Positions 37,179 to 46,856 are shown, counted from the stretch's first letter. The stretch is DNA of 64,000 bases from a virus (IMGVR_UViG_3300038417_000475:1-64000), one strand, 5' to 3'. A program made the numbers and translations. Notes: generated from the letters alone by a model not told the origin.

Positions 37179-37421
37179 CTAGAACTTGCCGGGTACGCAG
37201 TCGGTCATCGCGGTGACCAGAGCGCCTCTGGACATACCCTTATGGATGCCGCACGCCTTAGCCGCGTCCTTCACTTTCTTTTGCTGTGAAGTCATAGGAT
37301 AAGGCGCCGGATAGGAAGCCAGCACAAACCCCTCATGGTGCACCGTGGTGATGCTCTCCAGTCTATGGGACTTGGGCCGTCTTTTCAGGTATCCGAAGGA
37401 CTTCAGGTTCTTTAGGATCAT
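37179..37421 (-). CDS. small basic protein (paralog of the 36968 N-terminal domain)
   Basis: YP.T.QQ......A..CG.HKGM.RG.LV..MT.CVP shared; GGAGGT RBS. Confidence 0.65.
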   Translation of the reverse strand: MILKNLKSFGYLKRRPKSHRLESITTVHHEGFVLASYPAPYPMTSQQKKVKDAAKACGIHKGMSRGALVTAMTDCVPGKF

Positions 37422-37436
37422 TTCGGTACCTCCCTT

Positions 37437-37775
37437 CTATTCCCCTTTGCCCGGGGGTTCGGGGTTGGCCTCTTGTCCTCTAACGACTGCCGTTCGACCG
37501 CTTTCATTATCAGACAACGTTTGTCCGTTTGTCAATAGGGCCTGATTGATATAGAACGCCGCATGTTCGCGGCATGATTTGTGGCGGCATAAGAGGAACA
37601 TGGCATCATCAGTGGTCTTCTTGATAACCAGGTACCCCATGTAATGGCCTTTGGGACACGTGAGCCTGACGGGAGTGCCCAGGGGCGAAAGAGCTTCGAG
37701 AATCTCTTCATCAAGCTCTTGTAACGGTGGGTTGCTATTCGGGTTACTGCCGGCAATGGTTTTATGCTGCTGCAT
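37437..37775 (-). CDS. zinc-ribbon hypothetical protein
   Basis: CPKGH...C.HKSC. Confidence 0.45.
   Translation of the reverse strand: MQQHKTIAGSNPNSNPPLQELDEEILEALSPLGTPVRLTCPKGHYMGYLVIKKTTDDAMFLLCRHKSCREHAAFYINQALLTNGQTLSDNESGRTAVVRGQEANPEPPGKGE
37506..37535 (-). promoter_or_regulatory. class B-like promoter variant
   Basis: TTGACA-N18-GATAAT containing AACG-N6-CGTT. Confidence 0.5.
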
Positions 37776-38022
37776 TTGCTTTCTGTTTCTCCTTCCAAGC
37801 CTGGGCGCACTCCTTCATTTTTGGAGCCGCAGCGCCAAACGGCTGCCCTTTCAGACCCTTCGTCTTCATGCACTCGCCGATGAAAATATTGTATCCGCTG
37901 CGGGTCCTCTTCTTCCTAATTCCACAGACGGTGATCCCCTCGGGGTCTTCGCACTCCGGGATCTCGTCAACCACTGCGATAGTCCCGACATCGCTGAGGA
38001 CGCTACGTAGAGCTTCCTTCAA
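37762..38022 (-). CDS. HMG-box-like small basic protein
   Basis: KKRTRSGYNIFIGECMK........P......MKECAQAWKE. Confidence 0.55.
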   Translation of the reverse strand: MKEALRSVLSDVGTIAVVDEIPECEDPEGITVCGIRKKRTRSGYNIFIGECMKTKGLKGQPFGAAAPKMKECAQAWKEKQKANAAA

Positions 38023-38057
38023 CGTAGCCCCGAGGCAGGGAACGCATTTCTTCTTGG

Positions 38058-38393
38058 CTATGTCGCACCGCCTTCAGCCACAGCCACCGGCTGCGCGATA
38101 TCGCAGGTACCGCACTCCTCTTTTTTCTGGATCTCACAATCGATCGATACCAGTTTCTCCCGGAGCTCCGGAGGCGCTTTCTCCTTCACCTCATCCATGG
38201 CACCTGCCAGATTCCCAATCGTATCGTCATCAGTCATCAGGGCAGTACTCATTACCTGCACCAGCTCAGGTTTCCCGCCCTCCGTGAGCGCCCTCCTGTA
38301 CTTGCCAACCCCTATGGCCACCCTGCAGGGACGGCAATCTTTCCCCTCACCCTTTACCCACTTCTTCATCGGCTCGAGCTCGCGACAACCCAT
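38058..38393 (-). CDS. CxxC-containing hypothetical protein
   Basis: CRPC; start overlaps the upstream stop. Confidence 0.55.
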   Translation of the reverse strand: MGCRELEPMKKWVKGEGKDCRPCRVAIGVGKYRRALTEGGKPELVQVMSTALMTDDDTIGNLAGAMDEVKEKAPPELREKLVSIDCEIQKKEECGTCDIAQPVAVAEGGAT

Positions 38394-38698
38394 TACACAA
38401 CTCCCTTCCGGACTTTACTCAATTCGGCAGACAACTCCCTCCAATGCTGGTCCTCTTCCCCTGCTATGTGCTCCCACAATTCGGCCGTTCTGACATATCC
38501 CTTTACCCGGGCGCTTTTAGCTCTCTCGCGATATACTCTAGCGGCCAGGGTTTCCTCTTTCATACTCGTGAGAATACATTCCTCCAGTTGCAGGTCGACT
38601 TTATGGCCCTGCCGGTCAACCATGAGCTTACCAGACGGGTGACTAGGAGTGATCTCACCTTTCCTTATCCTATAGATCTGCATACTAACCTCCTTCAT
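38393..38698 (-). CDS. ferritin/rubrerythrin-like half-domain protein
   Basis: EE..A...Y...A...........HIAGEEDQH. Confidence 0.7.
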   Translation of the reverse strand: MKEVSMQIYRIRKGEITPSHPSGKLMVDRQGHKVDLQLEECILTSMKEETLAARVYRERAKSARVKGYVRTAELWEHIAGEEDQHWRELSAELSKVRKGVV

Positions 38699-39347
38699 AG
38701 GGAGTGAACTTGAACCACGGAATTATGATCTCGACGGGCTTACCGTTTATAGGAGGCTTCCCGCTAACTAACCACAGCTGAAAGTAGGCTAGCAATGGCT
38801 TCTGGGGAACGTAGATCAAAGGCTGCTTCGGAGCGTAAGTCCAGCTAGCACACTGCTTTCCCTTGCTGTCGTAGATGGCGAACATGACCTTCGTCTTTGT
38901 CCGGAACAGCTTGTGCACCGTCGGACCGGCTGGAATGCCTTTGAACAAATGGTCAACAAGGTTATAACCGTCCATCTCAGGAAACACAGTGAACTTCCCT
39001 GGTGGGCAGTTCGGATCCCTCCACCTTGTTATCTCTATGTCACACTCCTCAGTCTGCTTCTTCGTGGCAGGGGTATCATGCGGAAAAATGAATAGGCCAA
39101 AACACACTCCTGGGTCGAGAGCATTGATATCACTCTGAACATGCCACTCCGATGTTCCACTTCCATAGAGTATTTGGGTTCTGGCCTCTGCACAAGGCCA
39201 TTGATCACCTACATGGGTAATATTCAGGTGCAATGCCCCCTTGTCATCTACAGTGACATTGCCAGGGCTCCACTTGTTTGGGCCAGGTGCGCCATCATAA
39301 TCCCTTACATCCAGAGTAAGACCCATATAATTCACAGTGTTTCCCAT
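38685..39347 (-). CDS. glycoside hydrolase family 16-like protein
   Basis: NVTVD..G.LHL.I, AE......YG, ECDIE (ExDxE) catalytic motif. Confidence 0.75.
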   Translation of the reverse strand: MGNTVNYMGLTLDVRDYDGAPGPNKWSPGNVTVDDKGALHLNITHVGDQWPCAEARTQILYGSGTSEWHVQSDINALDPGVCFGLFIFPHDTPATKKQTEECDIEITRWRDPNCPPGKFTVFPEMDGYNLVDHLFKGIPAGPTVHKLFRTKTKVMFAIYDSKGKQCASWTYAPKQPLIYVPQKPLLAYFQLWLVSGKPPINGKPVEIIIPWFKFTPYEGG

Positions 39348-39370
39348 CTCTTCCTCCGTCCGAATTATTA

Positions 39371-39448
39371 TGGTGGCGGGGGTTGGATTTGAACCAACGA
39401 CCTCCGGGTTATGGGCCCGACGAGCTGACCTGGCTGCTCTACCCCGCT
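39371..39448 (-). tRNA. tRNA-fMet (CAT), CCA encoded
   Basis: Cloverleaf with 1:72 mismatch, three G-C pairs in the anticodon stem, TTCAAAT T-loop and 3' ACCA. Confidence 0.95.
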
Positions 39449-39454
39449 GTGCTC

Positions 39455-39484
39455 AGATTAGTGTAACGCTCCTCACGTTGTCAA
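39455..39484 (-). promoter_or_regulatory. class B promoter driving the tRNA
   Basis: TTGACAACGTGAGGAGCGTTACACTAATCT, 6 nt upstream of the tRNA 5' end. Confidence 0.75.
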
Positions 39485-39609
39485 TGTGCATCTCGCCAAA
39501 CGCTCTAAAACGGCCTTTGCTCGGTTGCCGTGACTGTTTCCACCCACCCCACGCTCAGACTGTTGCGTTTTTTGGCAGTCTGGCGCATATGGAAATCCTC
39601 TTATGGGAA

Positions 39610-39924
39610 TCATTCCTCTTGTGAGCCTTCCGCCAATTTTGGAAACTCCCACCGGGACACCGGCTCGGGCTGAAACGCTACCGCCAGCTCCCTGGCTATC
39701 TCTTGTGTGGTAGGAGTGATCGAGTAGACAGCCTGAGGGGAGTAGAATTGCGTTGTCATCTCAGCCGGATTTCCGAATCCGACAGGGCATTTCTTGGGGA
39801 TATCGAGCCGCAGAAAGGATACACCACCGATCTGTTGCTCGGTCATCAGTCCTGCCATGCGCCGGTGGCCGAAAAGCTCCAGAATACACCACTCCTTGAA
39901 TGTCCCATCAGATGATTCAGCCAT
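39610..39924 (-). CDS. conserved phage hypothetical protein
   Basis: W.ILELFGHRR.AG...EQ.IGG..F.R.DIP...FYSP.AVYSITP; GGAGG RBS. Confidence 0.65.
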   Translation of the reverse strand: MAESSDGTFKEWCILELFGHRRMAGLMTEQQIGGVSFLRLDIPKKCPVGFGNPAEMTTQFYSPQAVYSITPTTQEIARELAVAFQPEPVSRWEFPKLAEGSQEE

Positions 39925-40102
39925 GTTCCTCCTTGAAGTACTCCTCCAGGATGGCATAAAGTTCCCTGGCCACCTTCTCCGCCTCCTCGGGATTCTTGCC
40001 CACCCATTTCATAATGACGGAGCTGGGATCCAGAATCCGGAATTTGCCCAGATGGGGTTTGAGCTTTTCCAGTGCCTTCGAATAAAGTTCAGCGATACTC
40101 AC
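39917..40102 (-). CDS. hypothetical protein
   Basis: Coupled overlaps at both ends. Confidence 0.5.
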   Translation of the reverse strand: MSIAELYSKALEKLKPHLGKFRILDPSSVIMKWVGKNPEEAEKVARELYAILEEYFKEEHG

Positions 40103-41043
40103 CGCATCCTCACCTCCTCCATGATATCACGGTGTTTCCTGTAATTCGGATCCCTGGCCAGCCATGCCGGCAGATAAAAGCCCATCCGCTCAAAAGTAAG
40201 GCCCCAGCAGTTCCAGGCGCTCCATATCTCGGTGGCCTTTTTCAAGCCCGCTGCGGCTATCTTATACCTCTCTCCCTGATGCTTCAGGTAGTAACGCACC
40301 TTGTTCAAGAGATCCTGTTTTCCGGAGAAAACAACCATCTCCTTCTCCGGCTCGAAGAATTCCCTTGCCTCGGTTTCCTGAATGTCCATCATCATGGCCC
40401 CGCAGGAGGTTATCTCGAAAAGATGGCGCCCATTGAAATTAAGGCTGATTTTGCTCCTGTTGAGAACATCATTCATCCGCCAGGGCTCGAGCTGGCCCGG
40501 AATATGTACGTTGATTCCGCTGTCCGCCAAAAAACGTATGTACTCCTTCCACAGCGATTGATCTTCTCCGATAAAAGTTACGTCGAAATCACGCTCGATT
40601 GATCTGTCGTAATACGTGGAGGGGTCCACAGCATTGTAGGTCAGCAGCACGTTGGCGATATCGCGGGAAGAGCGGTAGGCTGTCAGGTCCGTTATCCCAC
40701 AGTAGGTGGCATAGTCCGCTCCCATGAACAGGGAGAGATTGGTGACAACCATCAGCACAGGGATATTATGACGTGTGCGGGCCAGGATATCACTCGGCGG
40801 GGTCAGCCCGTTGGGTGGTATAAAGATAATGAGGTCCGGATGGAAAAGCCGGCACTCTTCCACCAGGATCTGCTCCGCCCTATGCTGCTTGAATATCTCA
40901 TCAGTAATAACAGACTTGTCATCCCCCAGCATGTTGCTGGCTCTCACCACGCCGACAAGCTCCTCGTTTTTTCCCCTGAGGAACAGAACGCGCAGTTTCC
41001 TGAAGGAGTCCTCTGTGATCTCCGGTCTGCGTATCGTGGACAA
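40099..41043 (-). CDS. glycosyltransferase (CgeB/Glyco_trans_1_2-like)
   Basis: DVTFIG, SKISLN, FEITSCG, FEPEKE, KVRYYL.H..ER.KIA. Confidence 0.85.
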   Translation of the reverse strand: MSTIRRPEITEDSFRKLRVLFLRGKNEELVGVVRASNMLGDDKSVITDEIFKQHRAEQILVEECRLFHPDLIIFIPPNGLTPPSDILARTRHNIPVLMVVTNLSLFMGADYATYCGITDLTAYRSSRDIANVLLTYNAVDPSTYYDRSIERDFDVTFIGEDQSLWKEYIRFLADSGINVHIPGQLEPWRMNDVLNRSKISLNFNGRHLFEITSCGAMMMDIQETEAREFFEPEKEMVVFSGKQDLLNKVRYYLKHQGERYKIAAAGLKKATEIWSAWNCWGLTFERMGFYLPAWLARDPNYRKHRDIMEEVRMR

Positions 41044-41083
41044 GCACCCCCCTTGCCGATATTATACAGCAGGGGGGCAAGCT

Positions 41084-43726
41084 CTAGATGACGGCTGCAG
41101 CCAGGAGCTTGGCTGCATTACCCCCAAGAGCCGAGACCGGCTTCCGGCCAAGGATAAGACCGGCCGAGACATAATCCAGAGCAGGAGAGCCTGACGGAGT
41201 CAGTACAAAGTAAGCGTTTTTCTTGGCTCTCCAGCTTACAGGGTGAGTCGCTATTCCGAACGTGTCATTTCCTGATACAGTAACGGAGAGACCAGTAGGA
41301 TTTCCGTCAGTGTACAAGGTAAGAGTCCAGGACTTTCCTACTCCCGGAGCCGTCTTGCACTTCAAGCAGATGGTGTTAGGATAGCAGTCATAAGGAGTTA
41401 TGCAGACTTCATTCCCCGGTATGGAAGCATCTACCCAGCTTATGTTGCAGGCATTGACTTCTATCTCCGCTCTAGTGGGGATGGTATTAAATCCCGGCAT
41501 CCCCCTGGTCAGGAGGTAGACCTCGTAGTCCATTCCGATGAAGCAGAAGCCAAAGTAAGGCCAACCTGGGGGGCTTCCTCCCGACGCAGTCGCTTCCCAC
41601 CAGAACTGGTCACCAGGTACAAAGTCAATTACCGTGGTGTCGTCGTAGTAGACGTCGTTATGGCCTTGGGCGACAGGGACACCGTGGAAGGTGACACTGG
41701 TACTGACTCCGTTCTTCATCAGGGTAAGGTCGGTAGTATCACTTCCTCCACCAGTCCAACCTGTCATGGCAGCGAAGTACTTCATCTGGCCAGTATGGAC
41801 CATCGTGGTCTTGGATTGTTCCAGTGTTCCACCGCTGCCTCCAAGCAGTCCACTGTAGCTTGGAGGGAAAGCCTGAAGATATCCTTGGGACATGGGGAAG
41901 TAGCCATCTGTCAGAGGCGTGAAGTCAGCTGACCAAGAGAATTGCCCATTCTGTGCACAGGGGACGTACCAGGAGAGTATGTCTCCTTTTTGTATTTCGC
42001 AAAGGGTGGCCAGATCTTCATGGTATTTTTCGTTAGCGTAGAAGTCGAGGTGTAGAAGGTCTACAGTCTGGATAACATGGTTTACATCCAAATAGCTGCG
42101 TCGGAGGGTGTAGGTGACAGGCGTACTAATCATCACCGGGTCATCTGTTAGCTGAAGCCGGACATTCTGGAGCTGGCCAGAGATGGTGATGATGCCAGAA
42201 GGAGGAACTGAATCTTCAACCCAGATAGAGCCCTGGAACTGCCCTATGTTCTGGTTCCCGCCAATGCTTGCTCCAGTGAACCAGCCAAGCAGGGAGAATG
42301 TAGTGAGCCCAAGAGTATGGACGCTGACCTCCGCTCCATACCCGTAGTGGCCATTGCTGCCCAGAGCGTAAGCCCGGTAGTAATAGATGGTAGCTGGAGT
42401 CAGGCCACTCAGTCCCGTAGAAAAAGGTCCTGTCCCAAAGCTTCCTCCGCTAGAGCACCAGTTAGGATATCCGGAAAGACTTGGGGCTACATCTCCCGGG
42501 TCACCGTGAGGTGATGTATCCCAGACAAAGCACTCATTGGTGATGACAGTGTCATTGATAGCGGTTACATTCCCATTCAGGGTGGCTACTGTTTTGCCTA
42601 CGGAAGTTGCTGGCTGAGTTGTCACCGTAGGCACTCCGCTGAGAATAGTGAATCCGCCCAACAGCGTGCCGGTGCCATAGGAGTTGGTGACAGAGATATC
42701 CCGAGCGCCAACAGCAGCCCCATTCGCAATAGTGATATTCGCTGTGATCTGGTTGTCGTTATCTACGGTGAAGCTGTTGACGGTGATGCCAGCTCCGTAG
42801 CTCACTACCGTGGCTCCGGTGAAGTTGGAGCCGGCTATGACATCGCTGGCGATGGTAGCTCCCTGGTGGCCTGAGTTGGGAGTAGCTGATGTGGGCAGCG
42901 GGGCAGCAGTGAGCACAGTGAAGCCATCAGTTAGAGTTCCTGTACCATCCGGCGAGGTGACAGAGACATCTCTCGCTCCCAGGACCGCTCCAGAAGCTAT
43001 AGCGATATCTACCGTGATATGAGAATCATCCACCACATCGAGGCCGCTTACTGTTATCCCGGCACCGAAGCTCACAGAAGTGGCTCCAGTGAAGTGAGCT
43101 CCACCAATAGCCACCCCAAGGATAGTAGCCCCCTGAATACCGGTGTTCGGAGTGACTGAGAGCACAGAAGGAGCCGGCGGAACGGGCAGGCTGTAATCTA
43201 TCATGAGAGAAACCCCGCTCATCGCAGCATAGTTCATCCAGTTCGATCTCTCATTGTGGTCATCCACAAACATCTCAACATTGTCTATCGAAAAGGCGTT
43301 GACGAGCTCCTGGATGATGGCGGTTACATCGAAGGGGTTATCGCCGTTTATCCAGGTATGGCTTACCACATTTACTAAGGCCAGGGTTACCAGTCCTGTA
43401 TCAACCACTGTCCCCCCAGGGACAAGGCCTCTCCTGGCCATATAGTCAGCAAGGTCAGCTATTAGGCCAGGTGAAGCGACTAGCTGGGCCTTAATATAGT
43501 TGGTTGGGGTAGCGTTACTATATCCACAGGTGACAGTTAAGATTGCGCTGTTGATGGTCGACCCTAGTGGAATGGTAACACCGAGAGGGTGATGAGAGCC
43601 GAAACCAAATCTGTCTACTCCATAATATGCTATGCTTCCTACAGCAAGGCCATAGCCGGAGTTTTGCCATGGACCACCATAGTCTACGTCGTAGAGTTGG
43701 TCAGCGGCTATAGTGATAACTGGCAT
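41084..43726 (-). CDS. large beta-rich virion surface/receptor-binding protein with tandem IPT/TIG (Ig-like) and FN3-like domains
   Basis: Two repeats SVTPN.G.QGATI....I.G..FTGAT.VS.GAGITV...GARD.SVT; PTVTT.PAT...GLTPATIYYYRAYA. Confidence 0.8.
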   Translation of the reverse strand: MPVITIAADQLYDVDYGGPWQNSGYGLAVGSIAYYGVDRFGFGSHHPLGVTIPLGSTINSAILTVTCGYSNATPTNYIKAQLVASPGLIADLADYMARRGLVPGGTVVDTGLVTLALVNVVSHTWINGDNPFDVTAIIQELVNAFSIDNVEMFVDDHNERSNWMNYAAMSGVSLMIDYSLPVPPAPSVLSVTPNTGIQGATILGVAIGGAHFTGATSVSFGAGITVSGLDVVDDSHITVDIAIASGAVLGARDVSVTSPDGTGTLTDGFTVLTAAPLPTSATPNSGHQGATIASDVIAGSNFTGATVVSYGAGITVNSFTVDNDNQITANITIANGAAVGARDISVTNSYGTGTLLGGFTILSGVPTVTTQPATSVGKTVATLNGNVTAINDTVITNECFVWDTSPHGDPGDVAPSLSGYPNWCSSGGSFGTGPFSTGLSGLTPATIYYYRAYALGSNGHYGYGAEVSVHTLGLTTFSLLGWFTGASIGGNQNIGQFQGSIWVEDSVPPSGIITISGQLQNVRLQLTDDPVMISTPVTYTLRRSYLDVNHVIQTVDLLHLDFYANEKYHEDLATLCEIQKGDILSWYVPCAQNGQFSWSADFTPLTDGYFPMSQGYLQAFPPSYSGLLGGSGGTLEQSKTTMVHTGQMKYFAAMTGWTGGGSDTTDLTLMKNGVSTSVTFHGVPVAQGHNDVYYDDTTVIDFVPGDQFWWEATASGGSPPGWPYFGFCFIGMDYEVYLLTRGMPGFNTIPTRAEIEVNACNISWVDASIPGNEVCITPYDCYPNTICLKCKTAPGVGKSWTLTLYTDGNPTGLSVTVSGNDTFGIATHPVSWRAKKNAYFVLTPSGSPALDYVSAGLILGRKPVSALGGNAAKLLAAAVI

Positions 43727-43767
43727 GTTTCCTCTTTAAGACTGGATGACCCCGGGGTGGTCGACAT

Positions 43768-44694
43768 CTAGACCTTCAGATAGATCCGGATACCAACCTC
43801 TACGTCGTGGAGCTCCAGGCCGGCTACGCCAGTGATGATGGCATTAAGCCACTGGAACTGGTAGGTATCTGCGGCAGTGATGTTGCCGGGATCGAAGCCA
43901 ACTCTGACGTCGCCTGGTCCCGGGCTTGCTACGTCTGTCCAGAGCTGAGCATCGGCCCAGTTGATGCAGGTAATGTAGCTCCCGCCGCCTTTGCGGACCT
44001 GAATGTACTGACCTCCGCTAAGCTCGTTGATATTGGCCCCATCGAGGTTGAGGCGCATCCCGAACTTGAACAGAGGAATACATTGGACCACTGTGAAGCC
44101 GGCTGGGAAGGCTCCAGCTGGTAAGACCACAGCGGGCAAGGCCAAAGACGCAGGAGTGGTGTCCGGCAGGGTGATCTTGGCAACGGGTGTAGCATTCCAG
44201 AACTCCAGGAAGCCCAGAGCATGATTGATTGTAGGTATGGCTCCAATCAGAGTCGCCAACTCTGCAAGACCGTACCCCGGGTCAGTGAGCAGCGATCCGA
44301 TTGCTGAGATCAATGTGGCCAAGTCTGTGCTGGGATTCCCCAGCTTGGCCACTATGCTTGTTAGATGATCGGAACTAGGGTCACCAATGGCCGCGAACAT
44401 CTTCTTGAGGTAATTGCCTGGGCTGAAAGCAAGGTCAAAGGTGTCTCCGTTAGCCGGCGCAGATGTCCACCGATCTAAGGCCGCAAACGTCATAGCCTTA
44501 GTAGCTCCGGTGTAAGTATCTACTTGATGGGATTGCCCGGCTAGTGCTCCGCTGGTAAATATGAGCAAACTACCATCATAGAAGTCATTGACCGCTGAGG
44601 GTAAGTTGGTAACAAACCCTGATACAGATGGAGCAGCATCATTCACTGCTCCGGGAATTACAAGGAGAGGAGTTACGCTCGAACCGCCAGCCAT
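43768..44694 (-). CDS. putative virion spike/fibre protein
   Basis: NDFY.G..L.FTSG...GQ...V..Y.G....T......AP..GDTF motif seen in phage structural proteins. Confidence 0.55.
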   Translation of the reverse strand: MAGGSSVTPLLVIPGAVNDAAPSVSGFVTNLPSAVNDFYDGSLLIFTSGALAGQSHQVDTYTGATKAMTFAALDRWTSAPANGDTFDLAFSPGNYLKKMFAAIGDPSSDHLTSIVAKLGNPSTDLATLISAIGSLLTDPGYGLAELATLIGAIPTINHALGFLEFWNATPVAKITLPDTTPASLALPAVVLPAGAFPAGFTVVQCIPLFKFGMRLNLDGANINELSGGQYIQVRKGGGSYITCINWADAQLWTDVASPGPGDVRVGFDPGNITAADTYQFQWLNAIITGVAGLELHDVEVGIRIYLKV

Positions 44695-45494
44695 TACGTT
44701 TGCTCCACGATGAAGGAGACTATTTGATTGGCCGCGTTACTCGAGAGCCAGATACTGTTCGTATTAGCCACACCTAAGCTCAAATCCTCACGGGCTACCA
44801 GGGTCCGGCTCTTGGTGGGATCCAGGACCGATACCTTGTCGAAGGCCACATAACACATGCCGGTGTTGTTGGGATGACCTTGCAACAGCACTTTATACCC
44901 GGTCGGTATGACAAATGCGGGCACGGGATAAGCAGTACTCGGGACGACGCAGGTGACTGTGAACGCCACTCCCGAGCTGGGGTTCGGTGGAGGAACCAGG
45001 CCACCGATCGCAGTCAGGATAAGGATTAAAGTCGCTTGTACAGCCTGAAGAGTTGCCTGGCTTGCCCTCGTGGACAGGGGAACATCCAACGCGAGGGCTA
45101 TATTCGCATTGGCGATGACATAAGGAGTCCCCCGTTCTACCTGGACGCCACCTGGCAAAGTCGGGAAAGTAATCGTGTCACTGGTATTGGAACTGATGAG
45201 GACAGGATACCTCTGGCCCCCAATGTCCATCTGGAGGTGAGCGCCGGGCCAGATATTAGCCCCCCAGTACTTGGAGCTATCCCTGAGAGTTGTGGGGCTT
45301 CCCCCTGTGGCTATGCCGAAATCCAGAGGCACGAGGCCGGTTATAGGCATGCCTAAGGAGGCAAAGATCTTAAGCAGGTCTGCACGCCCTCCAGTAGGGC
45401 CTCTCTCCGCAACTAGCTGCTTGATGGCCTCGACCAGCTCATGTAACTCAGTCCACGGAGCTTCCGGAAGTTTGTCTCTAAGCCCCAATACCAT
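44694..45494 (-). CDS. putative virion structural protein
   Basis: ATGGS.TTL.DSSK.W..N.W.G....I.SNT..TITF motif; beta-rich C-terminal domain. Confidence 0.55.
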   Translation of the reverse strand: MVLGLRDKLPEAPWTELHELVEAIKQLVAERGPTGGRADLLKIFASLGMPITGLVPLDFGIATGGSPTTLRDSSKYWGANIWPGAHLQMDIGGQRYPVLISSNTSDTITFPTLPGGVQVERGTPYVIANANIALALDVPLSTRASQATLQAVQATLILILTAIGGLVPPPNPSSGVAFTVTCVVPSTAYPVPAFVIPTGYKVLLQGHPNNTGMCYVAFDKVSVLDPTKSRTLVAREDLSLGVANTNSIWLSSNAANQIVSFIVEQT

Positions 45495-45505
45495 ATCTCA
45501 CCACC

Positions 45506-46447
45506 TTACGAGATGGGTAATGCAGTGATGCCGAAGTAGTTCAGGCCCATCAGTCCGGCCTTTCCGCTGCCGCAGACATCACAGGCATGAGCATTATCAG
45601 CAAAGCCCACCAGATGGTTGTCATCAATCACCAGCTGGCCAGGGCTAGGAGTATTCACCACTTGGATTCCCACCCCGTTGACCGGATCGGTGGTAGATAC
45701 CTTATTGCTCAGGATCTTCCGGTATGGCCGGCTGGAGCTGTTCTGCACATCCTGGATTCCGATGGCGCCGGTCGGGACCTGAATAATATTCCTTCTGGTC
45801 ACGCAGCCGCCCCCGTTGTTGCGGACAGCCACGGTCACGAAGTCATCAAAGCGGCAGTCCTCAACTATGGTCCAAGGAGCATCACTGCCCACTCCGCCGG
45901 CATAGACGCCATAGGTTGCTACCCCATTGCCGCCGAAGCAGCAATCGTGGACATGAGACCTCCAGGTATTCAAGCCCCAAGCATCCTCAGCCACGCCGAT
46001 ACAGAGCTTCGCCGCCAGCTGATGGAAGCCTAAGCCCGCAATCTCCACTGAATCGGCCTTGATGTTGATAAGCTCCATATTGTCGGATAAGCCACCCTTG
46101 ATAGTCGGCTGCCCCCAAGTCAAGCCTGAGGACATGTTGCCCAGTATCTTCAGTCCCTTCTGGGTCACTACAAGAGTTCCAGCCTCAATGGTAGTCGCGT
46201 ACTGAATTCCCACCAGGATGATGTCGTAGGGACTGGCCACGGCCAGGGCTTTGGTGATGGTGGCGAAGGCCTTGGACCAGGGGTAGCCTGCCCAGGAATC
46301 ACTGCCGCCGGTCGCTCCATTCACACACCATATAGTGCCTGGCATGTTCACTGCACCGAGTATCCCTCCAGGAGCTACAAGGGAGCCACTCGGCCCCAGG
46401 TTCATTGGGCCGTAAATTCTCTCTCCTGCAATACGTTCGCCTATCAT
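45506..46447 (-). CDS. right-handed beta-helix (pectin-lyase-fold) protein
   Basis: G.SW..AFATI..AL, then repeating Asn/Cys-ladder strands (HDCCF, EDCRF, RRNII); AAGGAGG RBS at this ATG. Confidence 0.75.
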   Translation of the reverse strand: MIGERIAGERIYGPMNLGPSGSLVAPGGILGAVNMPGTIWCVNGATGGSDSWAGYPWSKAFATITKALAVASPYDIILVGIQYATTIEAGTLVVTQKGLKILGNMSSGLTWGQPTIKGGLSDNMELINIKADSVEIAGLGFHQLAAKLCIGVAEDAWGLNTWRSHVHDCCFGGNGVATYGVYAGGVGSDAPWTIVEDCRFDDFVTVAVRNNGGGCVTRRNIIQVPTGAIGIQDVQNSSSRPYRKILSNKVSTTDPVNGVGIQVVNTPSPGQLVIDDNHLVGFADNAHACDVCGSGKAGLMGLNYFGITALPIS

Positions 46448-46458
46448 CAGTAGCCTCC

Positions 46459-46806
46459 TTAGAAGTACTCGTAGTCCACAACGGTCAGGCAGCCAGCGTC
46501 TGCTGAGTCTGCATAGCATTTCAGAGTTCCCAGAAACTCCTTCTCCCTCAGCTCATCTGCCTTGATCACCACCATTAAGCCTTTTGGCACAGAATACTGG
46601 GCCCTTATAAGGGTTTGGGATGAACCTGCCGGTGTGCCTATCGAGGGGTCAATGGTGACATCATCCCGGAAGTAGATGATGTGGTCTGCACTTCCGCCTG
46701 AATTGTCAATAGTGATATCAGTCATCCTCAGCTTCCGCTCATAGGGAACTGTTGCCAGGGTGACAATGTTTCCGACTGCGAATGCTGCTGTTCTCGCTGT
46801 AGCCAT
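46459..46806 (-). CDS. putative small beta-rich structural protein
   Basis: GGAGGT RBS; alternating beta pattern. Confidence 0.55.
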   Translation of the reverse strand: MATARTAAFAVGNIVTLATVPYERKLRMTDITIDNSGGSADHIIYFRDDVTIDPSIGTPAGSSQTLIRAQYSVPKGLMVVIKADELREKEFLGTLKCYADSADAGCLTVVDYEYF

Positions 46807-46856
46807 CTCTCATACCTCCAATGTGAAATTGTAGATCACGTCGCGGTAATCCAAAA

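Noticed and set aside
39371-39448. tRNA as a prophage attachment site
   Set aside because: I saw no duplicated tRNA 3' end and no integrase, and viral-type genes continue on both sides.
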